Below, in pieces: positions 9,166 to 15,367 of a DNA stretch of 16,386 nucleotides. The notes beneath the pieces are model-generated. The model saw only the letters and a program-made list of their open reading frames with translations, did not search any database and was not told where the DNA came from. A program made the position numbers and the translations under genes. The stretch lies in the IMG/VR virus record IMGVR_UViG_2923323785_000006, positions 1 through 16,386 of that record. One strand, 5' to 3'. The number at the start of each line of letters is the position of its first letter. Within the stretch, counting starts at the first letter, position 1. Origin of the DNA: a virus. Lineage: Duplodnaviria; Heunggongvirae; Uroviricota; Caudoviricetes.

Positions 9166-9191
9166 ATAACTTTCAGTAAACAATTGGCATA

Positions 9192-9575
9192 TTAATTAGA
9201 GTTATTAACAACGATATCCATCTCTAACCGGATATCTAATGCCATTAACATCCCTTCAATTATGCCCTCAGCCTTCTGTAACCTTTTCCCGATATAACCA
9301 TCAGAGCAGCAATGCTTACCTGCCAGTGACATGAATGTCATACCGACTACATAATAATCTACTAATAAATCGTGCAAATCGCTGTTGTTCTTTTTCAGAC
9401 GGGCCATGCACCCGCAAATGATCATCGCGTCATCGTCACAACATTGCGGGCGAGATTTTACTTTTGAAGGAATTAATCCCTTAAAACCGGCGGCAATGGA
9501 CGACCAGGTCACATCTTCATGATTATTAGCCGCCCACGCTCCCCAACGTTCAAGAACCATCTGAATATCACGCAT
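9192..9575 (-). CDS. quuD: Late-gene antiterminator Q (127 aa)
   Basis: [62 protein letters not shown]... matches my recollection of DLP12 QuuD; ATG at 9575 with GGAGAAAG Shine-Dalgarno; position directly upstream of the lysis cassette. Confidence 0.85.
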   Translation of the reverse strand: MRDIQMVLERWGAWAANNHEDVTWSSIAAGFKGLIPSKVKSRPQCCDDDAMIICGCMARLKKNNSDLHDLLVDYYVVGMTFMSLAGKHCCSDGYIGKRLQKAEGIIEGMLMALDIRLEMDIVVNNSN

Positions 9576-9592
9576 TAACTTTCTCCACAAAA

Positions 9593-10588
9593 TCAGGCCA
9601 GCACACCAATCGCCAGTGCGCGATCGATAAAACGAAATATCAGCTCCAGCTGGGAGCCATACTTCTCTTCAAATGCCACGGTATCCGCATGCAGTTCGTC
9701 GTGGTGTTTTCTGCACAAAGGCAGCACAAAAAGGTCATGCGCTTTTGTACCCATTCCACCCTGACCATGGCCTATCAGATGATGCGGATCATCAGCTGGC
9801 TTTCCACAACATGCACACGGCTGCGTCTTAACCCAGCGCGTGTACTGTTCATTAACCCAGCGACGACGTTTGGGGCGTAACATAAAAGACTCCGGCGACT
9901 CCGGATCCACTTTCAGCGCCAGCACCTTTTTCGCTTTATCCTGGATAATGCTGGTGGCAGGAACCGAAGGCACAAGGTCACTTTCCCGGGTGACAGACGG
10001 CAAAACAGACTTCGGTAATCTCAGTGCCTTACGGGCTGCGCTTTCCGGTAAGGCATCCGCCAGGTCATTACGAACCAGCCACCAGCACAGTTCCGGCATT
10101 GTCACGGCATGGTTATCATTAAAATCGAGATCCCGACGGACTACAGACAACACCCAATGGGCACAGTTATCCGTTGCCATTGATTCCAGCCGCTCCGTGA
10201 ACTGATCACGTAACTGATTATCGCAGTGCCAGCACAGACGGATTGCGCCCGGCGCGTGTCGCATTGTGGTCATGTTCTCGCTGTGCCAGTCGGAATGAGG
10301 CCACTGGCAGCCTTTTTCACGAAGTAACCAGCTTTCAAGACATTCCACCCCACCAGCACGACGAATCACTGCCTCATTACGGAACACGGCCCGAACGGCA
10401 GGATCATCCGCCAGCGGTTGTGATGCCGCGGGAACGGCACCACTGGCGAAAGATGAATAATGCTCCGGCTCAGGCTCCAGCAGTACACGCCCCTGCATAA
10501 ACAGGGGCATCAGCTCTGAACCGGGCCTGAACAATACGATCCCCATACGCGGGGCAATTTCAGGGGTCAGTAGTGCTCTCACGGTCAC
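9593..10588 (-). CDS. DUF968-like (YdfU-like) protein with C-terminal HNH-like metal-binding motif (about 329-331 aa; start GTG at 10588 or 10582)
   Basis: C-terminal ...[46 protein letters not shown]... has CxxC, His-His and C..HH..H spacing typical of HNH nucleases; additional CWHC motif mid-protein. Sits immediately upstream of Q, like ydfU-quuQ in the Qin prophage (from memory). Confidence 0.7.
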   Translation of the reverse strand: MTVRALLTPEIAPRMGIVLFRPGSELMPLFMQGRVLLEPEPEHYSSFASGAVPAASQPLADDPAVRAVFRNEAVIRRAGGVECLESWLLREKGCQWPHSDWHSENMTTMRHAPGAIRLCWHCDNQLRDQFTERLESMATDNCAHWVLSVVRRDLDFNDNHAVTMPELCWWLVRNDLADALPESAARKALRLPKSVLPSVTRESDLVPSVPATSIIQDKAKKVLALKVDPESPESFMLRPKRRRWVNEQYTRWVKTQPCACCGKPADDPHHLIGHGQGGMGTKAHDLFVLPLCRKHHDELHADTVAFEEKYGSQLELIFRFIDRALAIGVLA

Positions 10589-10589
10589 C

Positions 10590-11387
10590 TCAATGAACGG
10601 TATCGAGCAGCTTTAACAGCTCAGGGAATCGGGATTCGAAGAAATGCGGCTGCGTCTCGCGCGGATTTGCGGGACTGGTGATGTTCTTGCCGAACATGCA
10701 GCCTTTCGCTGTCAGCGACCAGAATTTTTTGATGTTGTTAATAGCGGTACGGCTGTATCGTTCGCGCTGCTCGACGATCCCCAGCTTCACCATCTGGTGA
10801 TATGCCTGATTAGCTGTCAGGCGGATACCATACTGCTTCAGCAGTGCACTCAGTGACAGCGTGGGACGGCTTGAGCCATCAGGCGCGTCAGCAGGAGCAT
10901 CAATGGCATAGCGCGGTGCCAGATTCGGTAAGCCAACAGCCTCCTGGAGTTTCTGACAGGCACCAAGCACTGAAGAGTTAGACAGGTTTAACTCCCGGCG
11001 CATAAAGTCCAGCAGAATCACGCCAGCCTGCATCTTGTCAGCAGCCTGCCCGGATAATTTTTCCGATGCGCTGGTTACCATATCGAAAGTACGGATCACC
11101 TTCAGATGGAATGACGGGCTGATCCACATTGCATAGGCATACACCAGTTCTTTGCAGACATACGTCCCCTGGTTATTTCCGCCACGAATAACGTTAACTG
11201 GCTCTATATTGACCGAGTTGCAAATCTGCAACTCGCTTATTAAACGTTCAGTTTGCTCATTGCGGAGCCAGAATGCAGGCTTATGCTTATCCAGAGAACC
11301 GGCAGCCCTGTGCAGATCGTTCAGGCTGTAACGCCCATAAGCATCACGACGAACTTCAATACCATCAATGACCATCAGATTATTCAT
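10590..11387 (-). CDS. KilA-N domain protein with ANT/KilAC-like C-terminal half (antirepressor-like, 265 aa)
   Basis: N-terminus MNNLMVIDGIEVRRDAYGRYSLNDLHRAAGSLDKHKPAFWLRNEQTERLISEL... resembles the KilA-N fold family; ATG at 11387 with AGAGGAGAAA Shine-Dalgarno. The ORF-track GTG extension to 11420 is rejected. Confidence 0.72.
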   Translation of the reverse strand: MNNLMVIDGIEVRRDAYGRYSLNDLHRAAGSLDKHKPAFWLRNEQTERLISELQICNSVNIEPVNVIRGGNNQGTYVCKELVYAYAMWISPSFHLKVIRTFDMVTSASEKLSGQAADKMQAGVILLDFMRRELNLSNSSVLGACQKLQEAVGLPNLAPRYAIDAPADAPDGSSRPTLSLSALLKQYGIRLTANQAYHQMVKLGIVEQRERYSRTAINNIKKFWSLTAKGCMFGKNITSPANPRETQPHFFESRFPELLKLLDTVH

Positions 11388-11406
11388 ACTTCGTTTCTCC
11401 TCTTGA

Positions 11407-11796
11407 TCAGGCGGCTGCACCCGCCGTTTTCTCGTACTTACTGATAGTGATCTCGACCTTCCCTTCCGGGATAACCGGTCCCCACTCCACCAGCATTCTT
11501 TTCACCTGGCTGTCGTCTTCCCACACACCCGCGTGGGTCAGGGCGTCAAACAGCGCCTTGTTATAGTTGTCCAGATCGCGGATCCGGTTATCCGGAGGAA
11601 ACAACACGATCTCCACTGAAGCAGGTGCCGACGTTGGTTTCGGCAGACGACGTAACTGCTCAACTATTGCTGTGCACGCCGCACTCTGGAATTTTCGCCC
11701 CGCCGCGCTTATCAGGCTCTTACCAGCAAATGCCCCTTTGTTGGGGTGTCGCCAGTAGGTGTTCACGCTGGGTGGAAAAGGCAGAATCAGCTTCAT
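11407..11796 (-). CDS. rusA: RusA-family Holliday junction resolvase (129 aa)
   Basis: MKLILPFPPSVNTYWRH... and RDLDNYNKALFDALTHAGVWEDDSQV match RusA catalytic-region motifs. ATG at 11796 overlaps the stop of the upstream gene (ATGA); GAGGGGG Shine-Dalgarno. Confidence 0.85.
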   Translation of the reverse strand: MKLILPFPPSVNTYWRHPNKGAFAGKSLISAAGRKFQSAACTAIVEQLRRLPKPTSAPASVEIVLFPPDNRIRDLDNYNKALFDALTHAGVWEDDSQVKRMLVEWGPVIPEGKVEITISKYEKTAGAAA

Positions 11797-12119
11797 ACTT
11801 TCAGCCCCCTCTCATGTAACCAGTGGGCTGCACGCAGCCTGGCGTTTTCCTCACCAGCAAGCAGTGCGCGGATAATCCCGGCCACCTCGCTGTCGTCGTC
11901 CTTCACCGCGGTATGAAGCGTGATGCCCCGGGCCACGCCACGCTTTATCGTGATGACGCCTTTTTTCTCCAGTGCGCGAAGATGCTCCACCGCTGCATTC
12001 ACTGAACGGTATCCCAGCATGGTAGCCACCTCCTGATTGGTTGGCGGGAAGCCACGTTCTTTCTGGTAAGAAATCAGCATATCCAGCACCTGCTGCTGGC
12101 ATTGAGTTAACGTCGTCAT
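11793..12119 (-). CDS. LexA N-terminal DNA-binding-domain-only protein (about 108 aa; no S24 peptidase domain)
   Basis: MTTLTQCQQQVLDMLISYQKERGFPPTNQEVATMLGYRSVNAAVEHLRALEKKGVITIKRGVARGITL aligns position-by-position with the LexA winged-helix domain (recalled from memory); the protein ends about 40 aa later. ATG at 12119 overlaps the upstream stop (TAATG); GGGGG Shine-Dalgarno. Confidence 0.8.
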   Translation of the reverse strand: MTTLTQCQQQVLDMLISYQKERGFPPTNQEVATMLGYRSVNAAVEHLRALEKKGVITIKRGVARGITLHTAVKDDDSEVAGIIRALLAGEENARLRAAHWLHERGLKV

Positions 12120-12370
12120 TAAGCCCCCACGTAATTCCCTGACAGATACCACTCTTCACCCGATACAGCGCGCTTGCTGCTTTTCCGTAAACACCGCTCA
12201 CGACGCGCAAGAAAATTGTTTCGCTCTTGCTGGGAGTGGCTTTCACGGAATGCCGCCATCCACACCGTTGCAGCACGACGGTATAAGCCCCTGGACTCCA
12301 GTTCTTCCGCCTGGCGGGTCAGGCACAAAATCACCCGGGGATCGTTAGTGCCGACATAGAAATTGTGCAC
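12119..12370 (-). CDS. Small PerC/Pch-like putative transcriptional activator (83 aa, GTG start)
   Basis: Motif AEELESRGLYRRAATVWMAAF resembles the LE..G.WRRAA..W core I recall for the PerC family; family assignment is from memory and the start codon is GTG without a strong Shine-Dalgarno. Confidence 0.5.
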   Translation of the reverse strand: MHNFYVGTNDPRVILCLTRQAEELESRGLYRRAATVWMAAFRESHSQQERNNFLARRERCLRKSSKRAVSGEEWYLSGNYVGA

Positions 12371-12406
12371 AGGTCTGGATTCACGAACTGGTTGCGGTTC
12401 CGGCTC

Positions 12407-12607
12407 CTACGGTATCTCAGTCAGCCGCGGGAAATGTCTGCGTGTATCCCCTTCACAACGGTGAGCCACACGCCCACTCTGACGTAACTTGCTTGCTGAC
12501 TGCAGAACGCGCTGTCGTGAGTAACCTGCAAAAGCATCAGCAATGTCTCCGGAAGTACACCCCGGATGGGCTTCAATGAATTTCTGAACGTCATTCAAAA
12601 GACTCAT
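12407..12607 (-). CDS. Small hypothetical protein (66 aa), possible winged-helix DNA-binding fold; first gene of the minus-strand operon
   Basis: ATG at 12607 with GGGGGTGA Shine-Dalgarno 6 nt upstream; MSLLNDVQKFIEAHPGCTSGDIADAFAGYSRQRVLQSASKLRQSGRV... The ORF-track extension to 12730 is rejected (Arg/Gln-rich, no ribosome-binding site). Confidence 0.45.
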   Translation of the reverse strand: MSLLNDVQKFIEAHPGCTSGDIADAFAGYSRQRVLQSASKLRQSGRVAHRCEGDTRRHFPRLTEIP

Positions 12608-12849
12608 GATCACCCCCTGAATCCTGCCGGGATCTGGCTGTAGTCCACGTTGTCGTAACTGGCTTTGAAGTACGGGTCTTCGCGTTTTTCGGTGTACGTG
12701 CTGACTATTCTGCAGGAAGACTATGGACAATTACTGACTCTTGCCGGTGAACCTGACGGAAAACTACGCGCAGCAGGTCATTAATATCGTTCTTAATAAA
12801 CTGATTATTTATCTCATCACTGAATATCTTTATATAGTGAGGACTTATT
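12608..12849. promoter_or_regulatory. Divergent intergenic region between the minus-strand (nin/Q/late) and plus-strand (yfdQ...int) operons; presumed promoters, no repressor gene
   Basis: No ORF with repressor features on either strand; AGTGAGGA Shine-Dalgarno for the first plus-strand gene at 12836-12843; promoter hexamers not confidently assignable by eye. Confidence 0.4.
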
Positions 12850-13674
12850 ATGTCTCAGAACTTAGACGCAACCGCAATTAATCAAATCCATGCCCTTATT
12901 TCTGCTCAGGGTGTTAATGAAATTATCAGTAAGATTTGTGCCGATGCTGTGGCATTGCCTGAGAATTTCCGCATTCATGATCTGGAAAAATTTAATTTAA
13001 ATCGCTTCCGTTTCCGTGGTGCGCTTTCCACTGCCAGCATCGATGACTTTACCCGTTATTCTAAAGATCTTGCAGATGAAGGCACCCGCTGCTTTATCGA
13101 TGCCGATAATATGCAAGCCGTCAGTGTGCTTAACCTGGGTACTATTGATGAACCAGGTCACGCAGATAACACCGCCACTCTCAAACTGAAAAAGACAGCA
13201 CCGTTCTCTGCCCTGTTGTCTGTTAACGGCGAGCGTAACTCCCAGAAGTCACTGGCAGAATGGATTGAAGACTGGGCCGACTACCTTGTGGGCTTTGATG
13301 CTAATGGTGACGCCATTCAGGCAACCAAAGCGGCTGCGGCGATCCGTAAAATCACAATTGAAGCGAACCAGACCGCTGATTTTGAAGATAATGACTTCAG
13401 CGGCAAACGCTCCCTGATGGAGTCTGTCGAAGCGAAGACCAAAGACATTATGCCAGGGGCATTTGAATTTAAATGCGTTCCGTTTGAAGGTCTGAAAGAA
13501 CGTCCATTTAAATTACGCCTCAGCATTATCACTGGCGATCGTCCTGTACTGGTTCTGCGCATTATTCAGCTGGAAGCGGTGCAGGAAGAAATGGCTAACG
13601 AATTTCGTGATCTGCTTGTTGAGAAATTCAAAGACAGCAAAGTAGAAACCTTTATTGGTACTTTCACCGCCTGA
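12850..13674 (+). CDS. yfdQ: YfdQ-like protein (DUF2303-type, 274 aa)
   Basis: [21 protein letters not shown]...; length and sequence match my recollection of CPS-53 YfdQ; first gene of a four-gene cluster. Confidence 0.75.
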   Translation: MSQNLDATAINQIHALISAQGVNEIISKICADAVALPENFRIHDLEKFNLNRFRFRGALSTASIDDFTRYSKDLADEGTRCFIDADNMQAVSVLNLGTIDEPGHADNTATLKLKKTAPFSALLSVNGERNSQKSLAEWIEDWADYLVGFDANGDAIQATKAAAAIRKITIEANQTADFEDNDFSGKRSLMESVEAKTKDIMPGAFEFKCVPFEGLKERPFKLRLSIITGDRPVLVLRIIQLEAVQEEMANEFRDLLVEKFKDSKVETFIGTFTA

Positions 13675-13686
13675 TTTCATTACTGC

Positions 13687-13710
13687 AAATGCCCCTGCGG
13701 GGGCATTTAT
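13687..13710 (+). terminator. Hairpin (tgcccc-tgcg-ggggca) followed by TTTAT; candidate attenuator or terminator between the first two cluster genes
   Basis: Seen in sequence: aaatgcccctgcgggggcattt near-perfect inverted repeat directly after the yfdQ-like stop. Confidence 0.5.
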
Positions 13711-13801
13711 GGAAACGTAATTAACTCAATAATCACCGGATGGTGAGGGCTTCCTTTTACCAGAATTCAGCGCGGTGCAGTGCATACACGTGGAGAACAA
13801 A

Positions 13802-14338
13802 ATGTCATTTATTAAAACTTTTTCCGGGAAGCATTTTTATTATGACAAGATAAATAAAGACGACATCGATATTAACGATATCGCGGTTTCCCTTTCAAAT
13901 ATCTGTCGCTTTGCCGGTCATCTTTCGCACTTCTACAGCGTCGCCCAACATGCGGTTCTTTGCAGCCAGCTGGTGCCGCAGGAATTTGCTTTTGAAGCGT
14001 TAATGCATGATGCAACAGAAGCGTATTGCCAGGACATTCCCGCACCACTGAAACGCCTTCTTCCTGACTATAAACGGATGGAAGAAAAAATAGACGCCGT
14101 AATCCGTGAGAAATACGGGTTACCCCCAGTTATGAGTACACCCGTGAAATATGCCGATCTCATCATGCTGGCAACCGAACGCCGCGATCTCGGGCTTGAT
14201 GATGGCTCTTTCTGGCCTGTACTGGAAGGCATCCCGGCAACAGAGATGTTCAACGTGATTCCACTGGCACCGGGTCATGCCTACGGGATGTTTATGGAAC
14301 GTTTTAACGATTTATCGGAGTTACGCAAATGCGCATGA
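13802..14338 (+). CDS. yfdR: HD-domain phosphohydrolase, YfdR-like 5'-deoxynucleotidase (178 aa)
   Basis: ATG at 13802 with GGAGAA Shine-Dalgarno; HD-domain metal-binding signature ...FAGHLSHFYSVAQHAVL...MHDATEAY...; length equals K-12 YfdR as recalled. The ORF-track GTG start at 13775 is rejected. Confidence 0.85.
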   Translation: MSFIKTFSGKHFYYDKINKDDIDINDIAVSLSNICRFAGHLSHFYSVAQHAVLCSQLVPQEFAFEALMHDATEAYCQDIPAPLKRLLPDYKRMEEKIDAVIREKYGLPPVMSTPVKYADLIMLATERRDLGLDDGSFWPVLEGIPATEMFNVIPLAPGHAYGMFMERFNDLSELRKCA

Positions 14339-14691
14339 ATGTTTTCGAAATGGAAGGGTTTCTTCGCGGGAAATGTGTACCGCGAGATCTGAAAGTGAAC
14401 GAAACAAATGCTGAGTACCTGGTACGTAAATTCGACGCGCTTGAAGCTAAATGTGCGGCACTGGAAAACAAAATAATACCAGTGTCAGCTGAACTGCCAC
14501 CAGCAAATGAAAGTGTTCTGTTATTTGATGCTAATGGAGAAGGCTGGCTGATTGGCTGGCGTTCTCTCTGGTACACCTGGGGACAAAAAGAAACCGGAGA
14601 ATGGCAGTGGACATTTCAGGTCGGGGACCTTGAAAACGTCAATATCACTCACTGGGCAGTAATGCCAAAAGCACCGGAGGCTGGAGCATAA
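14329..14691 (+). CDS. yfdS: YfdS-like protein (120 aa)
   Basis: MRMNVFEMEGFLRGKCVPRDLKVNETNAEYLV...; overlaps the upstream stop by 10 nt, and its stop overlaps the next start (TAATG). Confidence 0.7.
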   Translation: MRMNVFEMEGFLRGKCVPRDLKVNETNAEYLVRKFDALEAKCAALENKIIPVSAELPPANESVLLFDANGEGWLIGWRSLWYTWGQKETGEWQWTFQVGDLENVNITHWAVMPKAPEAGA

Positions 14692-14996
14692 TGACCACAT
14701 TTACCAATAAAGAACTGATTAAAGAAATCAAAGAACGAATCAGCAGCCTAGAGGTTCGAGACGATATTGAGCGCCGTGCTTATGAAATCGCACTCGTATC
14801 TCTGGAAGTAGAGCCAGATGAACGCGAAGCCTATGAATTATTCATGGAAAAGCGTTTCGGTGACTTAGTAGATCGTCGGAGAGCAAAAAACGGCGATAAC
14901 GAATACATGGCATGGGATATGACTCTCGGTTGGATCGTCTGGCAGCAACGAGCTGGTATCCATTTTTCAACAATGACACAGCAAGAGGTGAAATAA
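14691..14996 (+). CDS. yfdT: YfdT-like protein (101 aa)
   Basis: MTTFTNKELIKEIKERISSLEVRDD...; start and stop both share bases with the neighbouring genes (TAATG junctions). Confidence 0.7.
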   Translation: MTTFTNKELIKEIKERISSLEVRDDIERRAYEIALVSLEVEPDEREAYELFMEKRFGDLVDRRRAKNGDNEYMAWDMTLGWIVWQQRAGIHFSTMTQQEVK

Positions 14997-15367
14997 TGGA
15001 GCCATACAGCCTCACACTCGATGAGGCCTGTCAGTTTCTTAAGATATCCAGACCAACCGCCACCAACTGGATACGAACAGGCCGCCTACAGGCAACACGT
15101 AAAGATCCAACCAAGCCAAAATCTCCTTACCTCACAACACGGCAAGCTTGCATTGCGGCGCTTCAGTCTCCGCTGCATACTGTCCAGGTGAGCGCGGGTG
15201 ATGGCATAACAGAGGAAAGAAAATGTCACTCTTCCGCAGAAATGAAATATGGTATGCCTCGTATTCGCTCCCGGGCGGGAAACGAATTAAGGAATCTCTT
15301 GGCACAAAGGACAAGCGGCAAGCTCAGGAGTTGCACGACAAGCGAAAAGCAGAACTCTGGCGAGTAG
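14996..15367 (+). CDS. Excisionase-like HTH protein (AlpA/Xis family); 3' end uncertain, reading frame overlaps int by 145 nt
   Basis: ATG at 14996 with GAGGTGA Shine-Dalgarno; [32 protein letters not shown] resembles excisionase-type HTH domains; position immediately upstream of int. The tail beyond about residue 65 may be a frameshift artefact. Confidence 0.55.
   Translation: MEPYSLTLDEACQFLKISRPTATNWIRTGRLQATRKDPTKPKSPYLTTRQACIAALQSPLHTVQVSAGDGITEERKCHSSAEMKYGMPRIRSRAGNELRNLLAQRTSGKLRSCTTSEKQNSGE

Noticed and set aside
10590-11387. Calling the KilA-N protein a BstA abortive-infection protein outright
   Set aside because: Only the N-terminal domain type is shared; the C-terminal half looks more like an ANT/KilAC antirepressor domain and I cannot verify BstA family membership without a profile search, so it is kept as a hypothesis.
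11851-12276. 141-aa ORF on the minus strand in an alternative frame
   Set aside because: It overlaps both the LexA-domain and PerC-like genes in another frame, is Arg/Gly-rich with no family resemblance, and lacks a ribosome-binding site.
7362-12849. LexA (SOS) boxes of the form CTGT-N8-ACAG in the intergenic regions
   Set aside because: Visual scan of 7362-7904, 9003-9191 and 12608-12849 found no convincing match; a systematic position-weight-matrix scan would be needed before claiming presence or absence.
12370-12850. Search for a cI-type repressor, cro or an operator array at the divergent promoter region
   Set aside because: No ORF with an HTH plus S24 peptidase or Cro-like features on either strand, and no obvious repeated operator half-sites by eye; concluded that the immunity module is absent.
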